A DNA stretch of 64,000 nt from positions 98,210,001-98,274,000 of the forward strand of contig NC_045697.1 in assembly GCF_009834535.1 (NCBI RefSeq). Direction: 5' to 3'. This document shows positions 38,021 to 50,730 of this stretch, one piece after another. Source of the stretch: Camelus ferus. Lineage: Eukaryota. Both the position numbers and the translations under genes were made by a program. How positions within the stretch are numbered: position 1 is the first letter of the stretch; each line of letters starts with the position of its first letter. The notes under the pieces were generated by a model that was not told the DNA's origin, did no database searches, and worked only from the letters and a program-made list of their open reading frames with translations.

Positions 38021-39857
38021 GTCAAGATGGCAGAGTGGTAGGACCACGAGTGTGCCTCTCCTCGTGACTACAATGAAACCACAACTGAGTGCTAAAGAAC
38101 CATCAAAAAAGACTGGAACCTAGCAAGAAAGATCTTCTGCAAATGGAAACAAAGAGGGAACCACAGCAGGACAGTAGGAGGGGCGTGCTTGTGATATATT
38201 TGGACCCCATACTCCTGCGGTGGGGGACCCACAAGCTGAAGATTTGTTAAGTTGCAGGGGCCCTCCCAAAGGAGTGAGAGCTCTAAGCCCCACCTTAGGC
38301 TCCCCAGCTCAGGTCCTGGCATGAGGAAAAGAATTGGACACCAGGACATCTGGTTTTGAAGGCCGAGGGGCTTGGCTCTGGGATCTTCATGGGACTAGGG
38401 AAAACAGACTCCATTCACTTGAGAAGCGTACACAGAAACTCATGTGCACCAGCTCCAAGGGCAGAGGCAGTGATTTCATAGGAACCTGGGCCAGACCTGC
38501 CTGCTGGATTTGGAGGGTCTCCTGGGGATGTGGGGGATGGCTGTGGCTCACTCAGGGGACATAAAAGCTGGTGGTGGTCTGGGAGTGTTAATCTACATGA
38601 GCTTTCCTGGAGGCTGCCTTCTTGATTGGATCATTAGCACCAAGACCTAGCTCCACCCAACAGCCTGTAGGGAAGCCTCAGGCCAAACAACATACTGAGT
38701 GGGAACACAGTCCCACCCATCAGCAGACTTCCTAAGCCACAAAGGCCTCTAGACACAGCCATACCCACCAGAGGTCCATGAGCAAGCTTCACCCAGCAGT
38801 GGGCAGGCACCGGCTCCTCCTGCCAGGAAACCTGCATAAGCCTCTAGTCCAGCCTCATCCACCAGGGGCAGATGCTAGAAATAAGAAAACAATAATCCCA
38901 AAGCCTGTAGAAGGAATCTACAAACATGTAGAAAGACAGACAATATGAGGTGGCAAAGGAATATCTCCCAGTTCAAGGCACAAGATAAAATCCCAGAAGA
39001 AGAAATAAGTGATGAGGAGATAAGTAATTTATCTGAGAAAGAGTTCAAAGTAATGATGGCCAAGATGATCAGAGAACTCAAGAGGAGTACAGATGCACAG
39101 TGAAGTTTTTAGCAAAGAGTTGAAAAATATAAAGAACACCCAAACAGAGTTGAACAAAATCACTGAAATGAACAATACACTAGAAGGAACCAAGAATAGA
39201 CTAAATGAGGCAGAAGACAGATTAATGGAAATCACAACTTCAGAACAGAAAAAAGAAAAAAGAATAAAAAGGAATGAGGATAATTTAAGAGATCTCTGGG
39301 ACAACATGAAACACTCTAATATTCACATTATAGGGGTCCCAGAAAAAGAAGAAAGAGAAAGGACCTGAGAAAATTTTTGGAGAGATAATAACCGAAAACT
39401 TCCCCTATTTGGGAAAGGAAACAGTCACCCAAGTCCTGGAAGTGCAGAGAGTACCACACAGAATCAACCCAAAGAGGAACAAACCAAGGCACACAGTCAT
39501 CAAATTGATAACAATTAAGGATGAGAAAATATTAAAACTAGCAAGAGAAAAGCAATGAAAAACATACAAGGGAACTCTCATAAGGTTATCAGCTGATTTT
39601 TCAGCAGAAATTCTACAGGCCAGAAAGGAGTGGCAAGATAAATTTAAAGTGATGCAAGGGGGACACTTACAACCAAGAATACCCAGCAAGGCTCTTGTTC
39701 AGACTTGATGGAGAAATCAAAAGCTTCATAGATAAACAAAAGCTAAAAGATTTCAGCACCACCAAACCAGCTTTACAACAAATGTTAAAGGATCTTCTCT
39801 AGTCATCAAACCATAAGAAAAGAGAACAAAAAGAAGAGGGAAAAAAAGAGACCTACA
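38021..39857 (+). mobile_element. LINE-1 5' UTR, ORF1 and start of the inter-ORF spacer
   Basis: Begins tcaagatggcagag (YY1-type L1 start); GC-richer UTR; ORF1 motifs; spacer ends aaaagagacctaca. Confidence 0.9.
38945..39802 (+). pseudogene. Disrupted L1 ORF1p (coiled coil, RRM, CTD)
   Basis: MRWQRNISQFKAQDK..., ITEMNNTLEGTKNRLNEAEDR...NLRDLWDNMKHSNIHIIGVPE; frameshifts and stops; terminal TAG 39800-39802. Confidence 0.9.
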
Positions 39858-40136
39858 GATTGCTTTGGCTGTTTGGGGTCTTTTGTGGTTCCTTATAAAT
39901 TTTGGAATTGTTTGTTCTAGTCCTCTGAGGAATGTCACGAGTATTCTAATGGGGGTTGTGTTGGATCTGTGGATTGCTTTGGGTAGTGTGGCCATTTTGA
40001 TAGTGTTGATTCTTTCAATCCAAGAGCACAAGAAATCTTTCTATTTCTCTGTGTCATTTCGGTTTTCAGAGTATAGGTAACCTCCTTGGTTAAGTTTATT
40101 TCTAAGTATTTTGTTGTTTTTGATGTAATGGAAATG
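39858..40136 (-). mobile_element. Inverted L1 ORF2 fragment
   Basis: Minus-strand peptides CSWIERINTIKMATLPKAIHR...LEQTIPKFIRNHKRPQTAKAI and KYLEINLTKEV. Confidence 0.9.
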
Positions 40137-40197
40137 TCTCTGCCAGTTATAAAATTCCGGTTTTTGAAGTGAAAAAAAAAAAAAGTGAATGAAGGGC

Positions 40198-40420
40198 CAC
40201 AAATGGCAAAATATCCTTCTTTTTTTATGGGTGAGCTGTATTCCATTACATATATATATGTATATGTATACACACACACACACATACACACACATACATA
40301 TGCTGCATCTCCATTATCTATTCAACTATCGATGTGCACTTAGGATGCTTCCGTATCTTGGCAATTATAAATAATGTTGCTGTTGACAGCATGGTGTATC
40401 TTTTTCAGTTAATTCTTATC
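40198..40420 (-). mobile_element. Inverted L1 ORF2-end / 3' UTR fragment with (TA)/(CA) microsatellite
   Basis: caaatggcaaaatatccttctttttttatgg...tattccatt...cacttaggatgcttccgtatcttggcaattataaataatg. Confidence 0.8.
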
Positions 40421-40544
40421 TTGTGGTTGGCTTTATTCCTTTGATAACTATGTAAGTTTAAAAAGCTAAAGCTCCAAACATTCTTAGAAACAATGAATAG
40501 TACATATATGTAAATTTAAAAATATATGTGCAGTAAAAAAAAAA

Positions 40545-41065
40545 ATCTATCAAGCCATGAAAGACAAAGAAGAAACTTAAAAGACATATTACTAAATGAA
40601 AGAAGCCAGTCTGAAAAGGCTACAAACTGTACAATTCCAACCAAATGACATTCTGGAAAAGGCACAGCTACAGAAACAATAAAAAGATCATGGTTTCCAG
40701 GGATTTGGGGAGAGAGAGGGAGAGAGGAATGAATAGATGGAGCACAAGGGATTTTTTGGGCAATGAAATTATTCTGTATGATACTACAGTGGTGGCTACA
40801 TGTCATTATGCATTTGTCAAAACCCATAGAATGTACAACATCAAGAGTGAACCCTAACGTAAACTATGGACTTTGGTTGATAATAGTGTGCCCATGTTTC
40901 ATCGATTGTACCAAATATGCCACGCTGATGAGGGATGTTGAGACTAGGGGAGTATATATGTGTGGGTGGGAAGGCCTATGTGAGAACTCTCTATTTTTTG
41001 CTCAATTCTGTTATGAATCTGAAACTGCCCTAAAAGAACGAAGTTTATTTTTAAAAAAAAAACAT
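40545..41065 (+). mobile_element. L1MC1-like 3' end
   Basis: tcaagccatgaaagaca...gaaagaagccagtctgaaaaggctaca...gtcaaaacccatagaatgtacaaca...aaactatggactttgg...aatctgaaactgccctaaaa. Confidence 0.85.
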
Positions 41066-41779
41066 TAAAAAAACAAATAACTTACAACTCCTATAAGTTT
41101 TTAATTATTGACTTCATCAAAATTTATTATTTATCTATATAGCAAATAACCTAATGGATAACATATACAAGGCTTCCAGTGTTTAAACCAGCTTTTTTGC
41201 TTATAAGCCCCAAACTGGTGTTCGCTTATGTGGTACAAAATACCAGAGGGTTCCAGAGGCCTCCAGCTTATCCCCCTAAGTCCTATCTCTTTTCAAAAAT
41301 CCCCATAAAAGATCTATACCTCCTACGGTTACCCATTCCAGTAAGTCACATTTCTTCCTGTCCTATAATAAAACCCATCCTTTTACCATTAAAGGCATTT
41401 TCTGAAAGTGAGCCCTTAAGGGAGATGAAGAGTGTTCTTTTTAACGTAAGTAGTTCACATTTCCAAATTTTAAGTTCTCCTTAAAGAAATCTGGTATCAT
41501 GAAATACCTCCTGCCCCAAATAAGAATTTCCAAGGCTCCTGTATGGCGATGTTTTCTCTATAATCCCAGATCAGATTCAGTCTATTCAGAGTTACAATAA
41601 ACTCAGAAATATTGCTCAAATAAAATGAAATGTCCATCAAGCAATGGCTATTTAACTTACACATAATTTTAATTTTAAATTCTCCAGGTTATTTGATACT
41701 CTATGATTAATTTTTTAAAACAGTCTTTATTTAACACTCTCCTCCATCCTTGGTCCTGGGTTTTTGGTGAATAAAGTCT

Positions 41780-43680
41780 GTATGACCTAGCTTACCTTCT
41801 TCATTGTTAAACTGCAAGGAGCAGAAACGGGGTACTGTTTTCTCCGGGGCAGAACAAGTAGGCACCCGTGTCAGGGTAGGAGCAGCCCAGGGTCCAGAGA
41901 GGGCTGTCAGAGCCTGACCAGAGCCAGAAAGGTACCCCCACCAGCAGGGCAGCCTGTATGGAGTGTCGGAGCTCAGGCAGTGGGAGCTGAGCCTCACGTG
42001 AGCATCAGCTGGATGGTGAGGGAGAGCCTGAGAGGTGTGGAGAGTCTCTCCACACTAGGAGATGACCCCTCCCACAAGGAGGGTCAGAGCGGCAGTGAGG
42101 AGAGGAGGGATCTGCACAGGGGACAGCCTGGTGCAGGTATCAGACCGTGAGCAGGGTAATCAGCTTCCCTGGGGTGGGAGAGAGGAGTGGCATGCTCTGA
42201 GATACTCCAGCCCCACCAGAGAGGAGGGACTCAATGTGGGAGAGGAAACAGCAGCGGAGATGGGAAACTGGCTAATACAGGGAGTGATCAAAGAATAAAC
42301 AGATGAAAGAAGGGGTGCAGTTATCTCATCATTGGAGAAGTGGGTTACAATTATGAAAAGTAAGAAAACTAGAACAGCCACATGATAGTGCTGTACTGAG
42401 TAAGAACTGGAAGTATGGGTGTGAACTTTTCAATAGATAATTATTGATAGACAGATTAAATATAGATATAAATAGGTGTTTGAATATTTTAATATGTGTG
42501 TGGGGATGTTGGTGAGCTGGTATTTACATATATCAAGTACATACATATGTGTGTATATATGTACATCTGTGGGTATGTATATATGTATATATACACATGT
42601 GTGTGCATACACACACACACACACACACACACGACACACACATTCCCTAGAACTAGTAGCAGCAACATACCAACAGTAATGAACACACTTACTGCCCATA
42701 TCTGGGTTCCTAAATTCCATTTTCCAGTAAAAAGAACTAGGGCTACTTCTGAAGAGCTATTTGAATCCAGGGCTGGGGAGAGAAAGTACAAGATGACCCT
42801 AGACAATTTTTTTGTATCAGAGAGCAAGAAAGTACTCCAAGAATGATAGGGACATATGTCAAAGCTTGAAGCAGCTTCTACTGCCAAATCAGGAAAATTT
42901 GAGTATCAAAATAATGATAGTGACAGATTATCACCCACTGAATATAATAGGAAACCATAAGCCCATGAATGAATAAATTGAAAGTCTGAAGATGAATGAG
43001 ACATTTACATGGTTTCAAAGTAGCTCCCCTCAAAATACTCATTAATTATGAAGGAAGAAAGAGTAATCTTGCAGTGGAGAAGCCTGGAAGGTGCCACCTT
43101 CATCAAGTGATCCAAGTGGAAGATTTTTCAATAATAAGACATGTCCAAATTGTGTGCCACCTAATAAGACACAATGAAAAGAACACAGAATCATAGCTGC
43201 AATAGCCGTGACAAGCATGCACAACCTGAATCATGAAGTAACATCAAACAAACCCATGCTAAAGGGTGTTCTACAAAGTAAATGGCCCGCAATCTTCAAA
43301 AATATCAAGGTCATAAAAATCAAGGAAATTTGAGAGAAGCTATTTCAGAGTGAGAGAGACTAAAGAGATGTGACAACTACATGCAACACACGATTCTGAA
43401 CTGGGTATTTTTCTATCCGAGATATTATTGAGCTAGTTGGCAAAACTGAGGACTAGACAACAGTCATGTATTAATATTCATTTCCTCTGTTTGATGATTG
43501 TTCTGTAGTTTATGCTGAAGAAAGTCTTTGTTGGAAACACACACTAGAGTACAGGGGGACGTGGCTGTAAGAGCATCAGATTGACAAGTTACTCTCAAAT
43601 GGTTCAGGAATAAAATTCTTTGTACTGTACTTTCAACTCTTCTAGAAGAAGGCAATAATTTCAAAATTTTTAAATGTATT
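41780..43680 (+). mobile_element. L1MC3/L1MC4-like long 3' UTR
   Basis: G-rich tcagagc repeats, then ctgggttcctaaattccattttccagtaaaaagaactagggct...gtacaagatga...ggagaagcctggaaggtgccacctt...tgtactgtactttcaact. Confidence 0.8.
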
Positions 43681-43689
43681 TAAAATTTA

Positions 43690-44090
43690 ACTAGATATAA
43701 AGACCAGAATAGGGAAAATCAGTAAATTTTGAAAGCAGATTGTATACTAGATAATAATGTTGAATCAAAGGTAAATTTCCTGAATTTGATCTTTGTACCA
43801 TGATTATAAAAGAGAATGTCCTTGTTCTAAGGAGATGCATGCTGAAGTATTTTGAGGTAAAGCATCATGATGTCTGTAATTTACTCTCAAATGGCTCAGA
43901 AAAAAATATTAGTAATAATAATGCATACAGACACACACATACACACACATACAGAGCACAAGTGTGACAATGTTAACAATAGGTGAGTCTAGACGAAGAA
44001 TGTAAGAGAGCTCATTGTACTCTTTGGAACCTTTTTGGGTTTGAGATTTTTTTTTTTCAAAAGAATTTTAGAAATAAAACAAAATTAAAA
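43690..44090 (+). mobile_element. L1MC/L1ME-like 3' end
   Basis: gtaaatttcctgaatttgat...gagaatgtccttgttct...gctgaagtatttt...tactctcaaatggctcag. Confidence 0.75.
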
Positions 44091-44101
44091 AATCACCTGG
44101 A

Positions 44102-44280
44102 CCATGGTTCCCAACGTTAGCTGCATAGCTGAATCCCCCAGGGAGCTTTGCAAATGAAAGATTCCTGACATACACCCCAGTCTGACAAATCAAAATCTCT
44201 GAGAGTTCTGCCTGGAAAGATTTCAAAGTTTTCAGGGGTTTGAACGCATCTCATCACTGACCGGCATCTGGGACTCACTA
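44102..44280. mobile_element. MER5A-like MITE
   Basis: atggttcccaac...gctgcat...gaatcccccagggagcttt...aaatcaaaatctctgag. Confidence 0.65.
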
Positions 44281-44421
44281 ATCTGTTCTGTCGCCCTCAT
44301 TTTACAAATGAAGAAACCGAGGCCCCAAGAGGTCAAGGGTCTTGCTTAAGGTCACACTGATAGGTAGTGGCAGAAAGAAGACCAGGAATCTAGCCCTCCT
44401 GACTCCCAGTTCAGCGTTCTT
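44281..44421 (-). mobile_element. MIR SINE
   Basis: ccctcattttacaaatgaagaaaccgaggcccca...aaggtcacac...ctcctgactcccagttcag. Confidence 0.9.
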
Positions 44422-44860
44422 TGAGGACAATTCATAAATGGTTGACTCTCAGTAGGATTGTTTTTTTAAAAAAAAATCTTGATCTTCAATCAAAGCTTTC
44501 TCCACTCAAAAATGCTGTTGCGTTTGACCCCAAAGCTTCCCATGGCGAGATGCCATGCAGCTGTGACTGTCCTCAGAGCTCAGGGCTAAATTGGAGACCT
44601 GGTCTTTGAAGACACAGACACTAGCTTGTAATCATCCTTTTCAAGTCAAAAAGTCAAGTCTCTGAATGTTTTTGCTGGAGTTTATGGGTTTCAACCCTAA
44701 AGGAAATAAAAGCAGTTGGAAGAAAGAACTGGGGGAAGCAGGTAAAAAGCCTTTGTTGATGGAGCTCATTTGTGGTGAAGTCTCAACAGGCTTGGCTGAG
44801 GCGTTACCCCTCCCCATCTCTACAACGCAGATGCAGTTCCCCAAGACAAAGAAATCTTAC

Positions 44861-44918
44861 GGATTTGCACTGTTACAAGATGGTGAAATCTCCATGCTTT
44901 TCCTACCAAGCATCTCTC
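44861..44918 (-). other. Candidate 58-nt exon
   Basis: Minus strand: ccttttgctttttcttttaag|GAGAGATG...CAAATCC|gtaaga; product not recognised. Confidence 0.2.
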
Positions 44919-45569
44919 CTTAAAAGAAAAAGCAAAAGGATAAATTGTATCAGGTTATTCTTTTGATTCCCTTTGCTGAGCCAGTTCCTGCTGCAGTGAG
45001 GGAAGCCTTATAATCAGATTTGTGCAAGTATTTCTGTCCAGGCTTGCTGAGCTTTGTCAGCACAAAATGTTTATAAACTGCTAACATACAGTGCTTTTTT
45101 TTTTTCAGTCACTTTGTATGGTTTCATTTAATTTCACTTCTCTCCACCTATAGACCAAATATTTCATTCCCAGACAGAGAAAAGAAAAAAACTATTCACC
45201 TTTGAAACCCACTATCCTCCCATCACAGAAAAAGTGGCAGCCCAGAAGATGCAGTTAATGTGAATGGAGCTAAAGGACTCAAACCCTGCTTCCTGACAGT
45301 TTAAGTATAGAATCCACAACATTAGATGATTTCTACCTAGCTTTGATGCACTTAATATAATCCACTAAACAGGATTGTTAAACATTACCTTTGAGCCAGA
45401 AGTCAGTCCACCAGCCCATCACACTGCCTGCTTACCTAGCCAGGCCACAGTCTTGGTTCTCCTAGATGCCACCATAATTTGGGATATTTACAGCATGGGA
45501 GTGGGCTAATGCCATGCCTGTCATCAGTGATAACCTATATTTCCAAGAAAGTATTATAAATCCGACCAA

Positions 45570-46015
45570 ATATCCTTCTGATCATCCAGGTCAGAAGCAT
45601 AGGAGTTACCTTTGATCCCTTGTCCCTCCTCAAGTCTCCAAGTGCTGTGGGGTGTGTCTTTTCCCTTTCTCTTAGGTCTAACCTCTCCCTTCTGTTTCCA
45701 AGGCTGGGGCCAATCTCTAAATCATCTTTGTCTTAGACATTCTCAGTAGCATTCTAATTGTTTCCATGTCATTGATCTCTTGGTTTTCCATTCATTATTT
45801 ATGATGTTATCCAGTTAGTTTCTTAAAAAGGTAGAATGTATTACATTATACACTTACTCAACAGTCTTCCGTGGCTCCTCATGGTCTACAGAATAAAGCC
45901 CATCCCTTTGCATGGCTTCTCGGGATCCATCCTACCTTTCTAGCCACATAATCCTCTCTCTCCTTCAACATAACATGTTCCATCCACATACAAGAAATCC
46001 TTCACTTCGTGCTTC
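45570..46015 (+). mobile_element. L2 fragment
   Basis: ccaggtcagaagcataggagttacctttgat...cttccgtggctcctcatggtctacagaataaagccc. Confidence 0.75.
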
Positions 46016-46019
46016 TACA

Positions 46020-46850
46020 CTTTGGGATATCGGGTAACATGATGGACTAAGATGATGTAAATGAGCTCACTTCTCACAACAAACACATGGAAATTCTGCA
46101 TAAAATAAAGCACACACAAAAATTCAGACAGCTCCCTCAAAAGAAAGAAGAGTAGCTTCTGGGTCATAGAAACCATGCATGATGGGAAAGACAATACAAT
46201 AAGCAGAGGATGCTGCCCATAAGGGATTCAGCTCCAGATAAGGGCTTAAGCAAGTAGAGGCTGAGGTTCTAACAGCTGTACATGGAGACAATAAGTAGCA
46301 TTTGGCCAATTAAAAAAAAAAGAAAAAAAAAAAAGGGAAACAGGATCTAAAACCCTGAATAAATCCAACAATCTCAGCGATCTGGCCCATCTGTGAAAAT
46401 GACACTACAAATATTTTGATCATTAGCCAAGAGAAAGTTGCAAGGAACTTTTATTTATTGGTCTTATTGGGGTGGGGATGGGAGGTAAGAAAGATTTTAA
46501 TCACAAGTCAAAACCTGAGTGAGGCCCATGCCAGAATGAGTTTGGGTCTAAATCTTCATTTTCTATGTTATAAAGAAACCCCAAAATAAAAATTGGTCTA
46601 TCTTGTTAAATTCATAGAGTCCAGGCAGAAGCAAATGGAAATCTATTCAGTGAGGACACTTCCACAGTTCAATGCCCATGGAAAGTTCCAGAATGAAACA
46701 ACACCCATAGAAGATGATTTTACAACAACAAAAAAAATTTACAAACCTCAAGAAAGAACAATCCACTGAGACCCAGAGAAGATGCAACAAACAAGAATGT
46801 AGTTCACCAAACACTACAGAGAGTAAAACAATCATAAATACTGCAAGAAG
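46020..46850 (+). mobile_element. Ancient HAL1/L1ME-type 5' region
   Basis: aacatgatggactaag...ccaggcagaagcaaatggaaatct...aaaatttacaaacctcaagaaa, resembling recalled HAL1 5' consensus. Confidence 0.55.
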
Positions 46851-47084
46851 AGGGTAGAGAGTTCAATTGGGCCTCATGGGATTAGATGTAGAAATCAAAA
46901 CAAAGACAACCACTCTTTGCAAAGTTGTCTCTTTTAGGAACCATATGCTACGTTGATGTTTTAAGATGTCTTTTATCTACTTACATACTAAATACTATGC
47001 TTACATTATAAATAATAACTCTTTATTTACATTTAGAAGTATTGTTCCACATATCATATGGAAGCCCATATAGCTTAGGACTTG

Positions 47085-47310
47085 TAAGTTTAGATTCTGT
47101 ATTTTAAAGTCCTGAGTTATTCCTGATTCTGCCACTTACTGGCTCTATGACCTTAAATTTATCCTCTTTTTCAAGCTCCTCGTGTGTAAAATAAGGATGA
47201 TAGTTTGTATCTAGCAGGATTGATAGAGATCCAGGGAGACAGGTCTGTAAAGTTCTCAGCCTGGGACCTGGCATAAAGAAGTATCAAATAAATGTTATTC
47301 ATTATTATTC
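47085..47310 (+). mobile_element. MIR SINE
   Basis: tcctgattctgccacttactggctctatgacctt...cctggcataaagaagtatcaaataaatgtt. Confidence 0.8.
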
Positions 47311-47319
47311 ATGCCAATT

Positions 47320-47480
47320 ACCTAGCACACATTCTTGTAAAAATATATTACCTCCATGTTACATATTAAGAAAGGGAGTTCACAGAGGTGAATTACCTAA
47401 GGTAACACTGCTAGGAAGTGATGGAGCTAGAATATGAACCCAGACGTATGACTCCAAAGCTTTCATCATCAGCCTGTGTG
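47320..47480 (-). mobile_element. MIR SINE
   Basis: aaggtaacactgctaggaagtgatggagctagaatatgaacccagacgtatgactccaaagc. Confidence 0.8.
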
Positions 47481-47599
47481 ACACAGCTAAGTTTACTTGG
47501 GACCCAAAATGGTCACCTTCAACTGACAGTATTATTATCTGCTAACTCCCAGATTCCCCACTGATAGACAATTTCTTTGTGTCTTAATGTAAACCTGCT

Positions 47600-48660
47600 T
47601 ATTTACTGAACATATTTATCCTGCTTCATATACAGATCTAAGCACTGTGTAAGGTATAGGATCTAGAGTCGACAATAATACTACTTGCAATCTACTAAGT
47701 GAGACAATCAGAAAGCACCAAGAATGTGTGTGTGCATGTATGTGTTTGTGTATAGCTGAAATTGTTTTAAAAAAAAAAAGTGTTGGGAAGAAAATCACAG
47801 GGTGCAGTGAGAGTAAGAAGTGGAACCTACTTTAGTAAGGGTGTTGGAAAGGCATCTGCTAGAAGATAAAAATTTTGTTTTCAATTAAAGTATAGTCAGT
47901 TACAATGTGTCAATTTCTGGAAACTAATGAACTCATCTATAAAACAGAAACAGACTCGCACACATAGTAAACAATCTTATGGTTACCAGGGGAAAAGGGG
48001 GTGGGAAGGGATAAATTTGGGAGTTTGAGATTTGCAAATGTTAACCACCATATATAAAAATAGATTTTAAAAATTTCTTTTATATAGTACAGGGATCTAT
48101 ATTCAATATCTTGTAATAACCTTTAATGAAAAAGACTATGAAAATGAATATATGTATATATTTATGCATGATTGGGATATTATGCTGTATACTAGAAGTT
48201 AAAATTTAAGCTGAGACTGAAAATATTCAGAGGAGCCAGCATGTGGAAGGTGAACAGAAGAGTAACGCGTCAGGAAGGGCATCCTGTGCAGAGACTGGAG
48301 TGTGGAAATCACCTTAGCATACTGGAGGAACTGCAACAAGGAGGAATTGTGGAGTGGCTGGAGGAGGGAGAGCAAGCTGATGAGAGGAGTGATGAAGAAG
48401 AGGAATTGCAGGGGCTGAACAGGGTGGCCTGTGCAAAGGAAAACCACTGAGGTTCTTTAAGTAGAAGAGTGACATGATCTGATCATGTTTTCGAAACATC
48501 ACTCTAACTGGAGAATGGACTTCACAGGGAAGATGAAGAAACCCAGGAGGCTCTGGCTGTATGCTGGTCATGGTCGGATGGGCAGCAGGAAGTGAGCAGA
48601 TGTGAGATATATTTTCGAGAGAAACTGGGAAGCATTGCTGAGAGATGGGAGAGAGTCTGA
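47600..48660 (-). mobile_element. L2 fragment interrupted by L1
   Basis: atttactgaacatattt...atttaagctgagactga...agaagagtgacatgatctgatcatgttttcgaaacatcactct. Confidence 0.8.
47876..48191 (-). mobile_element. 5'-inverted (twin-primed) L1 3' end
   Basis: Antisense terminal piece 47876-47920, sense piece 47921-48191, TSD ctagaagataaaaattt / ctagaagttaaaattt. Confidence 0.9.
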
Positions 48661-50681
48661 TCATAGGCTCACTCATTCATGGTGAATCTTTAGTCACTGC
48701 TTAGTCAATAGACTGGCTTCCTCTGCGCTCTGTGTCTATTCACAACCAACCAACGATGGCCAGGGCCAGGTACCAGGGACAGGGTGAGGGCTAACCCTTT
48801 GGAGAGGCTGCGGATGAGGCCAACTCTTGGGAAAATGGTGATTCCATTCCTCCCTTCAACCTCCCACACTGGAGAACGAGCTCCTTGATGACACAGATTT
48901 TCATCCCATCCTATTTGTACCCCCACATCAATGAACAATGCTCGTTACATAGTACATGCTCCATAAATAAAATTTCAATTAAACTAAGTTACTCAAGACA
49001 AAAATAGTGCCATATGAAATTGAAAAGCTGTCTTGTTCTCTCTCTCATCTCTTTTTATCTGTTCCCTTTCCGTCTCCATGTTCCTCTCTCTTCCATGTAA
49101 CTAGCATTTTTTTTCACTTGCTGTCAGACTTCACCATTCAGAAACGACCAAAACAAAAGGGAAAAAAATGGTGCAAAGAGAAAATCAGCAGCTCTGTTCA
49201 ATAATAGCCAATTGTTTCCCTGACAGCATCCAGACAAATAGTCTAAATCACAAATGCATTGGTGACCCTCATTTTGGAAGGGCTGCCCTAATCTCAGTGA
49301 CTGGAATTGAACTTCAAAAATGGGTATCAAGGTCCTTGGGGGCCCCTCACTTTGCTGTTCCAACACCCCAGTGCTACCATCCTTTTTCATTCACTTAATA
49401 AAAATAACAAGAAAAACCATAATAGCCAAATTTTTCTCTCAAATGCCAATGTAGAGAGCAATCATTCCCAAACTCCAAGGCAGTAAAAAAAAAAAAGCTC
49501 CTTTGAACAATGCTTTATTTTTACCTCATTTATTTCTCAATTTTTATCCCTAGATTAGATATATACCTATAGAAGAGGAGACAATACATCGAGCTGCAAA
49601 GTAGTTTCAAGTTGCAAAGCAGATTAAGCAAAGAATTACGTATAATCACCATTGAATCCCTATGTCCATCACTCTCCTCTCATGCCTTTATATAAAGAAG
49701 TCAAAAGGTAGCCTAGATCTGAAATGAAAAAAATCACAGCATGACTGGAGATGGGTTTCAGGAGCTCCGTTTTAGGAAACAGCAGATCATGAAGCAGCTC
49801 TTACTGAATAAAATAAAATTGGGGTAAAAAATCCAACTGAAATGCTACGGAGATTCAAAGGCATTATCTATTGATTGTGCACTATGACTGCTTTCAGATT
49901 TTTGCTAGACAAAATTTTTCAAAACTGCAAATTTGTTAGCTCCTTATATACACGTAAACACTAATACATGCATATCAGATGTAGATGCTTTGTGAAAGGC
50001 TAAAAAAATATTTCTGTAAACTCTGTCCCTCGAGATTTTTATACAACTGAGTTTGAATGACTTATATAATTAGACAACTAAATTCTACAGCTAAAAAGGC
50101 TTATATATTTATTGTCTGAATAACAGTATTTTAATGGGCATATTCGTTGGTTAGTGAATGTTTCTTTCAAAGGAAAAGGGTCTCACAATATGAACTTTAT
50201 TTTATTCCAATACCAATTTAATATGTATACTGAAAATTAAATATGAATAAAATGTACACATGTATACTTAGTGTTCTTATTCAATATAAAAATTACATTA
50301 ATACCAAATGATGTTATTTTGTTGAAACTGAACAGGAAACTAAACAGCAGCTTTAATGAGAAAGATATATTTTAGATCTAGTTCCCATTTATTGTATCTA
50401 CAATTTAACTTCAATGATGATAAAAGTGACAGATGACTTTTATATAGGTGTTTTCCCCAAAAGGTTATTAATAACCTCAAATCTTTATGTTCTACTTCAG
50501 GATAATCAGATTGCACATTTATATATACAAATCAGCAAATAAGAACAGAGGTTCCTCTTGGTATTTCTATAAAGTTATCTTGCTTCCTTGAATATAAGAT
50601 TAGATTCCTGGCATTATTAGAATCTGATCTGAAATTGGCATCTGGCCCAATTATAGAAGGAACTAGGAAAGGAAAGTTCCA

Positions 50682-50730
50682 TATACATACATACACACAC
50701 ACATACACATACACACATACACACACACAA
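50682..50730. repeat. (CA/TA)n microsatellite
   Basis: tatacatacatacacacacacatacacatacacatacacacacacaa. Confidence 0.9.

Noticed and set aside
41820..42300. GC-rich degenerate tandem repeats as a CpG island or novel array
   Set aside because: Continuous with, and characteristic of, the L1MC3/4 3' UTR.
48704..48743. Hairpin gtcaatagac...gtctattcac
   Set aside because: A 10-bp stem with one mismatch is expected by chance in 64 kb.
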